From a virus (lineage: Duplodnaviria; Caudoviricetes): 43,909 bases of DNA. Under the pieces are notes generated by a model, which saw only the letters and a list, made by a program, of their open reading frames with translations, did no database searches and was not told the origin of the DNA. This document shows, piece after piece, positions 8,392-17,508 of the stretch. Every line of letters begins with the position of its first letter. Positions within the stretch are counted from its first letter, which is position 1. The stretch spans positions 1 through 43,909 of IMG/VR virus record IMGVR_UViG_3300022309_000002; one strand, 5' to 3'. The position numbers were made by a program, and so were the translations under genes.

Positions 8392-9486
8392 ATGAGCGGC
8401 GGAGTGTTCAGACGGCGGTTTGATCCGGTCCTATATCGGCGTCAACCGTTCGTCCTCACGAAGACGGCGGGCGATACGACGCTTGCGGCGGTGCTCGCCG
8501 GGGCTGGATCGCTGGCCGGTGCGCTCTCAACCGATGTTCGGCTGGCGGCGGCGGTGTCTGGATCTGGCTCGCTCACTGCCGCCTTGACCACACAGATCAA
8601 GCTCGCGACGCAGCTCAATGCTACTGCATCGCTCGTCGCGGATCTTCTCACCGATCTGCGATTGGCCTCCGTGCTGCAAGGCACCGGCGCCGTCGCCGGA
8701 GCATTGAATACTAACATCCGGTTGGCCTCGGCGCTGCAAGGGACCGGCGCGGTGGTCGCCGCCTTGACAACCAGTATTCGGATGGCCTCACAGCTGGCCG
8801 CTACTGGCGCCATCGCCGCTGGTTTGCAGGCTGGGGCCTCCTCTGAAATGGCCGCTGCGGTCCAAGGCACCGGATCGGTGACTGGTGCTCTCTCGACCGA
8901 TATTCGCCTGGCGGCGGCACTGTCGTCCGCTGCCTCACTCGCCGCCGCGCTCACCAGCCAAATCAATATGGCCGTGTCCCTACTGGCATCTGGCACGGTC
9001 GCCGCCGCGCTCACCACCGACGTGCGATTGGCCTCGGCGCTGCAAGGGACCGGCGCGCTCGTTGCCGCGCTCACAGCCGAGTCGCCGTTGCGCGCGGGTT
9101 TGACGGCTGCCGCCTCCCTGGCTGGACAGCTGACCAGTCAGATTAGGCTGGCTGCAGCGCTCTCTGGATCTGGAGCCCTCTCGGCGGCATTGTTGTCGGA
9201 AAGCGCGTTTACTGCCGCGCTGAGTGGCGCTGGCCAGTTGGCTGGATTGCTGACGACCGAAATACGGATGGCTGCCGAGGTGCAGACTGCCGGATCGCTG
9301 GCGGGTGCGCTGGCCACCGATCTGCGGCTGGCGGCTCAACTGACGGGATCGGCGGCGGTCTCGGCGCAGATCGAGGTGGTAATTATCAACATACTGCATC
9401 TAATCCAAGTCTCGGGCTCGATGCCCGCGTGCACGCGCATGACGGGCTCGATGGCCAAGGTGACGCAGGTGACAGGGGGGGCGTGA
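8392..9486 (+). CDS. Ala-rich protein with about 15 tandem 20-aa repeats
   Basis: Repeat consensus LAxxLxGxGxLxAALTTxIR. Confidence 0.8.
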   Translation: MSGGVFRRRFDPVLYRRQPFVLTKTAGDTTLAAVLAGAGSLAGALSTDVRLAAAVSGSGSLTAALTTQIKLATQLNATASLVADLLTDLRLASVLQGTGAVAGALNTNIRLASALQGTGAVVAALTTSIRMASQLAATGAIAAGLQAGASSEMAAAVQGTGSVTGALSTDIRLAAALSSAASLAAALTSQINMAVSLLASGTVAAALTTDVRLASALQGTGALVAALTAESPLRAGLTAAASLAGQLTSQIRLAAALSGSGALSAALLSESAFTAALSGAGQLAGLLTTEIRMAAEVQTAGSLAGALATDLRLAAQLTGSAAVSAQIEVVIINILHLIQVSGSMPACTRMTGSMAKVTQVTGGA

Positions 9487-9644
9487 TGAAAGTTCGATTG
9501 TTTTGCACGTATTACAACGAGAAGAAAGACAAGGCGGGCGAGCCTGGCGATGTGCTGGACTTGCCGAGGACGGAAGCGGAGCTGCTGTTGAACGGCGGCA
9601 GTGCCGAGCTGGTGGAACCACCAAGGAAATCTGAGCGAGCGTGA
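9486..9644 (+). CDS. Small hypothetical protein resembling 2546-2755
   Basis: MKVRL...PGDVLDLPRTEAELLLNGGSAELV; TGATG coupling to the upstream gene. Confidence 0.6.
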   Translation: MKVRLFCTYYNEKKDKAGEPGDVLDLPRTEAELLLNGGSAELVEPPRKSERA

Positions 9645-9682
9645 CCGACAGCTATTGGGCTGAGTAGAAAGGAGCGTGTGAG

Positions 9683-10627
9683 ATGGGACGAATTTTAAGC
9701 AATCGGGTGGTGCTGGCCGGCAAGGCGGAGGTGACGGAAGGGACGGCAATCGCCTTGGCCGGAGCCGACGCGAATAATCTGATCATGGACCCGAAGTTTG
9801 ACGCCGATGTGCCGATGTTCAAGCGGAAGTTTCTGAATAACTCCCTCTCGCCACAGGGGCAGATCGCCACCACGCGCGGCTCGGCGATCGCGTTCAAGTG
9901 CGAGGTGAAGGGCTCCGGCACGGCAGGGACGGCGCCAGCGTTTGGGAAATATCTGAAGTCCTGCGGCTTCAAAGAGGTGGTGGTCGCGGCGACGAGTGTG
10001 ACCTATAGCCCTGAAAGCTCGCTGGCGGCTATTCCCACGATGACGATCGCCACCTATCGGGACGGACTCAGGAAGCAGACGAAGGGCGCGCGCGGGAATG
10101 CGAAATACAGCGCCAAGAGTGGCGAGCCGGGGATGTTGGAGTTTGAATTCATCGGGGTGGATGTCGATGTGACGGATGTGGCGCTGCCGACACCGTCCGG
10201 CATTGAAACCACCATCCCGTTTCCGTTGCTTTCGGCGGTTTTCAGTATCGCCTCCTTTCAAGCGTTCGTCTCACAGCTGCAATTTGATATGGGGAACGTG
10301 CTGGAACGGCGCGGCGACATCAATCAAGCCTCCGGGTTTATTTCCACGCTCCTCACCGATCGCGAGCCAAAGGGGAGCTTCGATCCGGAGGATGAGCTGG
10401 TTGCAACACATGATTTCTATGGCCGATGGAAGGCCAACACGACCGGGCTGTTGACGTGGAAGCACGGCTCGACGGCGGGGAATATCGTGACGTTCAGCAT
10501 TCCGAAAGCGCAATACACCAAGATCGCCGAGGGTGATCGCAACGGCATTGCTACATTGAATTCTGATTTTCTCATGCAGCGCGATACCGTGGCCGGGGAT
10601 GATGAGCTGAGTATCGCGTTTACCTAG
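9683..10627 (+). CDS. Major tail tube protein
   Basis: GSGTAGTAP, YLKSCG, GARGN and GDDELSIAFT motifs; SD aaggag. Confidence 0.85.
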   Translation: MGRILSNRVVLAGKAEVTEGTAIALAGADANNLIMDPKFDADVPMFKRKFLNNSLSPQGQIATTRGSAIAFKCEVKGSGTAGTAPAFGKYLKSCGFKEVVVAATSVTYSPESSLAAIPTMTIATYRDGLRKQTKGARGNAKYSAKSGEPGMLEFEFIGVDVDVTDVALPTPSGIETTIPFPLLSAVFSIASFQAFVSQLQFDMGNVLERRGDINQASGFISTLLTDREPKGSFDPEDELVATHDFYGRWKANTTGLLTWKHGSTAGNIVTFSIPKAQYTKIAEGDRNGIATLNSDFLMQRDTVAGDDELSIAFT

Positions 10628-10639
10628 ATAAGGAGCCGC

Positions 10640-11242
10640 ATGGACGACGCAGGTGAGATGACAGAGAATACCTATCAGATCGGCGGCCGTGAGTATCGGC
10701 TGGAGCCGCTCTCGTGGCAGCAAAACAGCTGGCTGGCCCGTCACGTCTTCTGCAACATCGATATGCAGCGGCTGGACTACGCTACCGTGCATGATCTGCT
10801 GCGCGAGAATGGCCCGCTGTTTATGGCGATCAGCTTGATCGATGCGACGCACACGCGGGCACAGCATTCGAGGCTCTCGTTCAATACGATTCAGGATCGG
10901 GCCGCGCTGTTCGCCGCCGAATTGACCGGCGGGGAGGTGGCGCTTTTTGGCCCTCATTTTTTTCGGTATTGTCGGCCGGATCAGATGGCCATGCTCATTC
11001 CCGGCAAGGTGTTGCAGGCCGAGTTTCAGAAACTGGCCGAGGCGGCGCCTGGCGAGACCACACAGTCTCATGCACCTGGGGGCAGTGGGTCGAGCGGAGC
11101 CTCGTCACGCTCAGCGGAGGAGACCTTACGAGAGTTCCCCTACTCCTCGCCGAGTGGGGCCCAGCCGAGTCCGAGCCCTATCTCCGGCGCTGCATCGAGC
11201 GAGACGCTGTTGACCGCGCCATCCTTGGATGGTTCGGCGTGA
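10640..11242 (+). CDS. Tail assembly chaperone (G-like)
   Basis: Follows the tail tube gene; YQIGGREYRLEPL start; HFF slippery site; low-complexity tail. Confidence 0.7.
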   Translation: MDDAGEMTENTYQIGGREYRLEPLSWQQNSWLARHVFCNIDMQRLDYATVHDLLRENGPLFMAISLIDATHTRAQHSRLSFNTIQDRAALFAAELTGGEVALFGPHFFRYCRPDQMAMLIPGKVLQAEFQKLAEAAPGETTQSHAPGGSGSSGASSRSAEETLREFPYSSPSGAQPSPSPISGAASSETLLTAPSLDGSA

Positions 11243-11382
11243 CGCTGCCCTGGTGGAGGGACGCGCCGGAGGCGAAGCGGGATCAGACGATCGGGGAGTT
11301 CTGCGGGGGGAGTTGTATGACGGAGTGTATGCAATACTTTGGAGACGGGTTGGCGCAGGCGTGCCGAACTTGTCCGAACTGA
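10963..11382 (+). CDS. Tail chaperone T-like extension reached by -1 frameshift
   Basis: The -1 frame is open from T TTT TTT (10957-10963) to TGA 11382; LSGGDLT motif and Cys-rich C-terminus. Confidence 0.6.
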   Translation, partial: SVLSAGSDGHAHSRQGVAGRVSETGRGGAWRDHTVSCTWGQWVERSLVTLSGGDLTRVPLLLAEWGPAESEPYLRRCIERDAVDRAILGWFGVTLPWWRDAPEAKRDQTIGEFCGGSCMTECMQYFGDGLAQACRTCPN

Positions 11383-11392
11383 GAGGGACGCA

Positions 11393-12586
11393 ATGATGAT
11401 ACGATTGAAGGCGCTATTGGTGATCGCCGTGGCGGTGGCCTGGTTGCCGCTGCCAGCATTTGCGCAGTCGGCGTTACCCTGGGTTTTTCACTCGGGGGCC
11501 ACGGCGACAGGCGACGGCAGCGTGATGCCGGCAGATTATTTTTCAACCGTGGCGGTGCAGGTGGAGGGTACGTTTGTTGGTACGGTGGTGTTTGAGAAAA
11601 AGACGAGGGATGCGACCGGGTACGTGTTGGTTCAATGTGTCAATACGACCGACCATTCGCAGTCAACCGAGGCAACGGAGCCTGGGTATTGGGAGTGTCC
11701 TGGCGGCGCAAATGGGTTCAAGGCGCGGGTTTCAGCCTACACGAGCGGCACAATCAGGGTGACTGGGACCGGCACCACGGCGGTTTCCGGCGGGCGCGGC
11801 ATCGGAAGCGGCGGGGCCTGGACAGCTGATGTAACGACGGCGAACAGCCTGGGCAATGCCCGGTGTATCGGAGATGGCGGCGCCGAATTGTGCTTCTATG
11901 CTGACGGGACACTGGGGCCGCTCGCTCGCCCGAATCCTGATGCGAATACTCGGTTTTATGTGTGGACAAATTTTACCGGGTGTATCCCGTGGGATGTGGA
12001 AGGCAACGCCTGCATGCTGACCTACGATCCTGATGCCGCGTCGAAGAACGCGATGTATCAGTTCGGATCAGCCTATTATCCTGAGAAAGTCATGCGGGTC
12101 GCCTTGTCGCCACGCGGGGCGACAGCAATCGCGGAAGAGAGCGTCATTACCAATCAGCCCGCCTCGTGGTGGGCGACACTCACAGACGTGGATACGGATT
12201 CGGTCGATTTTGCACTCTCCGTGACCGCCGACATGAGCCATGTCACGACCGCGACGGTACGACTCTATGGCGTAAGTAAAAATGCCGCGCCGAGTGGCAA
12301 TATCGAACTGGATTGCGCCATACAGTCGTATCGCCCTGGGACGGATATCTTTGCTGCGCATAGCACCACGGGCGAGCGAGCCGTACTCTTGACGCCTGCC
12401 ACCCAGTATCGGCAGGTGGCGGCGACCAGCTCCGCTATCACCATCAATGGCACGGTGGCCACAGGGGCGACGCTCTATGGGTCCTGCCAAATCGATGCCA
12501 CAGCGACCACCTCGACGCAAATGACAGATTTCCGTTTGTGGGGGTTTGCAGATGTGCGGTTCACCGTCAACAGCTTGAGCAACTAA
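11393..12586 (+). CDS. Signal-peptide, beta-rich multi-domain protein
   Basis: MMIRLKALLVIAVAVAWLPLPAFA|Q; several Cys. Confidence 0.75.
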   Translation: MMIRLKALLVIAVAVAWLPLPAFAQSALPWVFHSGATATGDGSVMPADYFSTVAVQVEGTFVGTVVFEKKTRDATGYVLVQCVNTTDHSQSTEATEPGYWECPGGANGFKARVSAYTSGTIRVTGTGTTAVSGGRGIGSGGAWTADVTTANSLGNARCIGDGGAELCFYADGTLGPLARPNPDANTRFYVWTNFTGCIPWDVEGNACMLTYDPDAASKNAMYQFGSAYYPEKVMRVALSPRGATAIAEESVITNQPASWWATLTDVDTDSVDFALSVTADMSHVTTATVRLYGVSKNAAPSGNIELDCAIQSYRPGTDIFAAHSTTGERAVLLTPATQYRQVAATSSAITINGTVATGATLYGSCQIDATATTSTQMTDFRLWGFADVRFTVNSLSN

Positions 12587-12587
12587 G

Positions 12588-13724
12588 ATGAGTATTGCGC
12601 TCCTTCTCCTACTACTGATCATCCCAATACCAGCAAAAGCCGTTGAGTATTTTGCGACCTACGAAGGGACAGGGACCGAATCGGACCCGTTTCGTGCCCA
12701 TAGCAATATCATTAACACTGAGTGCACGAGTCTGCGACTCGACAATACGCGAATCAACGGTATCGCGTTGTGTAGCGGCCCGACGCTCCCCGTTCGTGCG
12801 GGGGTGCGTCAGATCGATCTGACCGCGCCACTTACCTCCCAGCAAAAAACCTTTCTCGCAAGCGTCCTCGGTCGCCCGATTACTGAAACAACTGTGGGGG
12901 AGGTCCTGTCCGCAATTGTCGATGCCAATGCGATCAACCTTAAGCGTTCGCGTGACGGGAAACAGCGGCTCATGGTCAAAGGGCAAGAGGTCTGGAGCCG
13001 TTCAGCTCCGCTCGCCTCCTACGTCCCTGATATCCTGCACTGGCTCAATGTTGCCTTCCATCTGCCGGTCGTAGTGCCTGCATACCTTGTGTCTGTGACA
13101 ACCGCTTGGGCGGCTACCTCGGTCGCAGAGACGTTTACGTGTCCTGACGATACGGACGGTACGTATGTCTGCGACCACACATGGACGCGCTATACCGGGA
13201 CCGCAGCCGCCGGGATTGTCAGCAATACGCTGCGGATGACCAACGCCGCTGCGACGAACCTCCTCTATAACTCCACGGCGCTCGATTCAACGGACATGCT
13301 CCATCGAATCACGATCAAGACCTTGACTCGTGTGTCCGCGACCAATGCGGAAGCTGGCCCCGGCGTTCGTCACACCGGCACAAGTACCTCGACCTATGCC
13401 TTCTGTGTTCTACGCGATGCGGCCAGCCCCATTGCGCGAGTCGGTAACGTACTCGACGGGGTTGCGACCGAAGACGGCACGGTGGGGGTCACGATTGGGA
13501 GCGACGACACACTCGAAACCCGTGCAGTGGGGGATCAGCTCTCGTGCAAACACAACGGCGTCACGATCCTTGGTCCGCTGACCGACAATACGGGCAGCGG
13601 CAACGTCAAGGGCATGGTGCGGTTTAGTGGATCGGGTGGCGCGGATTCCCTTGCGACTGTTGATGATTCATTTGCGCAAGTCGTGACGGCACGACGGGCC
13701 GTTGCTCCACAGGTGCTACAGTGA
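12588..13724 (+). CDS. Signal-peptide protein with lectin/ConA-like C-terminal domain
   Basis: MSIALLLLLLIIPIPAKA|V; TLETRAVGDQLSCKHNG beta-sandwich pattern. Confidence 0.7.
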   Translation: MSIALLLLLLIIPIPAKAVEYFATYEGTGTESDPFRAHSNIINTECTSLRLDNTRINGIALCSGPTLPVRAGVRQIDLTAPLTSQQKTFLASVLGRPITETTVGEVLSAIVDANAINLKRSRDGKQRLMVKGQEVWSRSAPLASYVPDILHWLNVAFHLPVVVPAYLVSVTTAWAATSVAETFTCPDDTDGTYVCDHTWTRYTGTAAAGIVSNTLRMTNAAATNLLYNSTALDSTDMLHRITIKTLTRVSATNAEAGPGVRHTGTSTSTYAFCVLRDAASPIARVGNVLDGVATEDGTVGVTIGSDDTLETRAVGDQLSCKHNGVTILGPLTDNTGSGNVKGMVRFSGSGGADSLATVDDSFAQVVTARRAVAPQVLQ

Positions 13725-15823
13725 AATTAATTGCAATGGTCACGGTTGTACTGTTGGCGATTCCGTTCTCAGCGAACGCGACAGACCGTTATGTTGATAG
13801 CACTACCTCCGGGTGCTCGGCACCCTCTGATACCGACTTCAATCCGGCCACAGAAACGTGTGGGAGCGGGTCTGAACTGGTCTACAATTCGATCACGGCG
13901 GCGGTGACGGCACATGCAAGTGGGGATAATATCTACGTCCTAGCGGGAACCTATGCTTCGGCGTTCGACAACACGTTAAAATCAGGCGTGAACAGCAGCC
14001 AACCTACAAAGCTGTGGGCCTATAACGGGCAGACCGTCACGATCCAAACGCCTGTTGGGGCGACCAACGGAGATGCATTTAGGATTACGAGTAAGAACGA
14101 CATCAGCATTAAGCAGCTCATTGTAGACAACACCAACGTCGTCGCGCCTAATGGGAAACGTGGATTTGCGTTTCGCATTGACGGGACTATCTCGGTGCCG
14201 TCTAACCGGATCACGTTGGACGGAGTGACAGGCCGCAACGCTGGGATCGGGATGTTTACGGCGCATGTGCATTTCCTGCATGTTACCCGGTCACGTTTTC
14301 ACAATAATGGGCATGATGCATTTGACCACGGGATCTACACAGACAACGGTACCGATGACGCGATCATCGAATACAGCGAATTCGATCATAATGCACAGAT
14401 GGGTGCACAGCTCTATAAGCAACCATCACGCATGCAGTTTCGGAACAACTACGTACATGATAATTGCGTTATCACGCTCTCTGGAAGCGAAATCTTCCTG
14501 TCCTATCTTGACAATGTTATCGAGCGCAATATGGTGGTGTCTAGCGGCAATTGCACGACAGCTATTACGGTTAACCTCCAAACCCCAACGAGAAGTATTG
14601 TTCGGCATAACGCATTCTATTGCAAGACGGGTGGGTGTACGAATGGGATCAATATCCCTAGTTCCAGTACGGTCGATACGGTCGTCCAAAATAACATCGC
14701 ACTAGGGTTCACGAACAATGTGCGGAACCTGGGAACCAATACCACGTTGACGGATAACCTGACAACTGGCACCGCGTCAGCCATATGGGTGTCTCCGTCA
14801 ACTGGCGATCTTCGGTTGAAGGCCGGATCAGTCGCCATCGATGGAGGGACGGCTATCGGCGGGGCGGCCAATGGCCTGCCAGACCAAGGCGCGTTTGAAG
14901 TGCCCACATTCTCCACCTGTAGCGTAGAGGCGGGCGCCACATCGGTCGTGCGCGTGACCTTCATAAATAACCTCAAGCCGCCCATGTTACCGGCCTCCTC
15001 CGCCACGGGCGTCACGTTTCGTAAAAACGGGTCCAATAACGCCGTTATCAGTTCGATGCGTCCCACCGACAACACGTATGAGTTTACCGTCACGAACTCG
15101 TATGTTGGTGGTGATACCGTTGATATCTCGATCGTCCCAGCCTCTACGAATCTGACCGATTCGGCGTTGCTGGGGAATACTTATAACCAACAGTTTCTTT
15201 CGACGATCACGAACACCGCCTGCACGAACAACGCGGCGGGCGCGCCGGCGCATACCTTCACGCAGGCGCGGTATGAACTACATGACTGGCGCGGGCTCGA
15301 AGCCTCCCCAACGATGCTCCCGCATGGGTTTGCGTCCACGGGGGCCGCTGAAAACTTTGCCAGTTACAAACTCCCCGCAGGCGGAAAGATCCGTGTTCGA
15401 TTCGCCGTGGTGTGCGGAGGCGCGAATTGCCCCATCTCCGCTTTCCATCCCTATTTCTCGACGGGTGGGGCCTATGCTCCAATCACGGATGATTTCAGCG
15501 TGAACAATATCAAGATGTGTGGGGTGCAAAGCGGATCGGATGTGCCCGCGAACGGCTCGGCCACCACGAACCAGTTGTCGACCGCAGGGACATTTGTTGC
15601 CGGTGGGGTGGTATTCACCGCGAACGATGTTCCTGCCATTGTGGGCCTGAATAACGGGTTTAAGACGGAGCTGGAGTATTGTTTTGAATCTGACACAGAC
15701 TCCACGGGGTATTTTGATCTCCGGCTACACCTTGATAGTGGGACCGCGTTCACGGTTGGCGGCGGCGCGTACACAGTCATCCCTCGGTTGGTCAATGAGC
15801 CGAGGGCGGCGGGTGGGCCATAA
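13721..15823 (+). CDS. Signal-peptide right-handed beta-helix (pectate-lyase-like) adhesin/depolymerase
   Basis: ANA|TDRYV, GDNIYVLAGTY, HGIY, Asn-ladder repeats, GDLRLKAGSVAIDGG...DQGAFE. Confidence 0.8.
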   Translation: MKLIAMVTVVLLAIPFSANATDRYVDSTTSGCSAPSDTDFNPATETCGSGSELVYNSITAAVTAHASGDNIYVLAGTYASAFDNTLKSGVNSSQPTKLWAYNGQTVTIQTPVGATNGDAFRITSKNDISIKQLIVDNTNVVAPNGKRGFAFRIDGTISVPSNRITLDGVTGRNAGIGMFTAHVHFLHVTRSRFHNNGHDAFDHGIYTDNGTDDAIIEYSEFDHNAQMGAQLYKQPSRMQFRNNYVHDNCVITLSGSEIFLSYLDNVIERNMVVSSGNCTTAITVNLQTPTRSIVRHNAFYCKTGGCTNGINIPSSSTVDTVVQNNIALGFTNNVRNLGTNTTLTDNLTTGTASAIWVSPSTGDLRLKAGSVAIDGGTAIGGAANGLPDQGAFEVPTFSTCSVEAGATSVVRVTFINNLKPPMLPASSATGVTFRKNGSNNAVISSMRPTDNTYEFTVTNSYVGGDTVDISIVPASTNLTDSALLGNTYNQQFLSTITNTACTNNAAGAPAHTFTQARYELHDWRGLEASPTMLPHGFASTGAAENFASYKLPAGGKIRVRFAVVCGGANCPISAFHPYFSTGGAYAPITDDFSVNNIKMCGVQSGSDVPANGSATTNQLSTAGTFVAGGVVFTANDVPAIVGLNNGFKTELEYCFESDTDSTGYFDLRLHLDSGTAFTVGGGAYTVIPRLVNEPRAAGGP

Positions 15824-16246
15824 ATGCCCAAGGGAACGACATGGCGCAACGATCTGCTGAGGCTCTATTTTCTCGGTACGGCGATTGCCACGGTGGCCGA
15901 CAATGCCGCTGGGTCTCCGTTCACGGGGCATGTGCTCGCGCTGCATGTGGCAGATCCCGGCATCGGCGGATCGCAGTCGATCAATGAGACGGCCTATACG
16001 GGATACAGTCGGCAAACGGTGGCGCGCAGTGGCGCGGGCTGGACGGTGGTCGGGAATCGCGTCAATCTGGCGGCGGCGGTGCTCTTCCCGGTCTGTACGG
16101 CCTCGCCAGGATCACCGATCACGTACTGGAGCATTTCGCGCGGGTCCGGCATTATTGACTATGTCGGCACGTTGATCGCGCCGATCACGATGGCCGTATC
16201 GGTCATTCCGAGGTTGACGACGGCGAGTGAAATTACGGAGGAGTGA
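15824..16246 (+). CDS. Virion fibre-associated structural subunit (paralog of 5459-5863)
   Basis: LALHVADPG...NETAYTGYSRQTVAR...GWTV...FPVCT. Confidence 0.7.
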   Translation: MPKGTTWRNDLLRLYFLGTAIATVADNAAGSPFTGHVLALHVADPGIGGSQSINETAYTGYSRQTVARSGAGWTVVGNRVNLAAAVLFPVCTASPGSPITYWSISRGSGIIDYVGTLIAPITMAVSVIPRLTTASEITEE

Positions 16247-16551
16247 TGGGGGCGCAAGGCACGGCGGTGGTAGATTTTGGGGCCTTCCCTGGCCAGTCTG
16301 ATGCATCGGTCGCGATCACGGGGCAAAGCGGCATCCTGTCAGGTTCGTTGGTGGAGGCGTGGATCAGACCGGAAGATTCCGCCGACCATTCCGCCGACGA
16401 GCATCGGGTGGAGACGGTGAAAGTGATGGCTGGGACGATTATCGCCGCGACCGGCTTTACGATCTATGGGATGAATACGTCGCAGCTGTCCAGCCATGGG
16501 CAAGGCACACGGCTGTATGGACAATGGAATGTGTCATGGGTGTGGAACTGA
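16243..16551 (+). CDS. Small structural protein
   Basis: GTAVVDFGAFPG...LYGQWNVSWVWN; translational coupling. Confidence 0.65.
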   Translation: MMGAQGTAVVDFGAFPGQSDASVAITGQSGILSGSLVEAWIRPEDSADHSADEHRVETVKVMAGTIIAATGFTIYGMNTSQLSSHGQGTRLYGQWNVSWVWN

Positions 16552-16560
16552 GGAGGGCGC

Positions 16561-17220
16561 ATGCCGATACAAATTCAACTTGACAATGGGAGTCTGATCG
16601 GCGGCGGAGGCGCAGCCTTCAAGGGGGCGAATGTCCATATCAAACCGATTGACCATGGCGCGCTGGGGCACTACCGCACCTCGGCGAAGATCACGCTGCT
16701 ACTTGGGCAGGTCGTCAACGCGCGGCTGTTTGAGATCCGCAATGCGGGGAGCAATCTGCTCGTGCCGTTGCTGATCGAGGTGAGTGTGCTGCCGTTTGGG
16801 AGTGTGGTGGTGCCATACGATTTGGAAATAGGCCTGTACAAATGCACGAATTTTTCGGCGGTCGATACGACGAACACGGCCACGCCATCGGCATCGACGA
16901 TGCGCACGTCGGGCATGTCCGCTGCGCCTGGCGGGGCACATGTGCGATATTGCAGCAGTTCGACAAACGGGATGACCGGATGGACGGCGACGAAGGACGG
17001 CTCGCCGATCGCCTCGATGATGGCGTGGATGTCGTCGGTCTCGGCTACGTCGCGTCCGGTTATGAAGCGGTTACTCGACAGTAGTCAGCAGGCGGTCCAT
17101 CCGCCGGTGTTGGCGCCCAATGAGGGGGTTGTGCTTGAAAATCTGGTGCTGGGCAGCGCGACAACAAACAATGTGCGCGTGCTGGTGGATGTGGCCTGGG
17201 CCGAAGTGACGGCGTACTGA
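16561..17220 (+). CDS. Hypothetical structural protein
   Basis: SD gaggagg; beta-rich, ends WAEVTAY. Confidence 0.7.
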   Translation: MPIQIQLDNGSLIGGGGAAFKGANVHIKPIDHGALGHYRTSAKITLLLGQVVNARLFEIRNAGSNLLVPLLIEVSVLPFGSVVVPYDLEIGLYKCTNFSAVDTTNTATPSASTMRTSGMSAAPGGAHVRYCSSSTNGMTGWTATKDGSPIASMMAWMSSVSATSRPVMKRLLDSSQQAVHPPVLAPNEGVVLENLVLGSATTNNVRVLVDVAWAEVTAY

Positions 17221-17229
17221 GGACCGAAT

Positions 17230-17499
17230 GTGTCGCTTCTACTTGCTCGTCTACAGACTGGGGGACCGGGTGATGCGGTCGGCGTCTGCGCCGGCCTCGC
17301 CACTGTCGTGGGGGTTGGCGATGCGTTGCTGTCGATCGATGGGGTGGGGACGTGCGCGGGGCTCTCGCTGGTGCTCGGCTACGGCGAGGATGCCGCGAGC
17401 ACACCGGATACACACGGCGGCAGCCGGAGCACGGTTAGGACGAGGAGCTTGTCGGTGGACAGTAGGTTTTGGCCGGTGCCGGATTACAACGTGTATTGA
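17230..17499 (+). CDS. Short Gly/Ala/Val repeat protein
   Basis: GTG start after gagga; two GxCAGL repeats. Confidence 0.5.
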   Translation: MSLLLARLQTGGPGDAVGVCAGLATVVGVGDALLSIDGVGTCAGLSLVLGYGEDAASTPDTHGGSRSTVRTRSLSVDSRFWPVPDYNVY

Positions 17500-17508
17500 G
17501 GTGCGCTG

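Noticed and set aside
8442-9399. Minus-strand repeat ORFs
   Set aside because: Mirror of the plus-strand 20-aa repeat gene.
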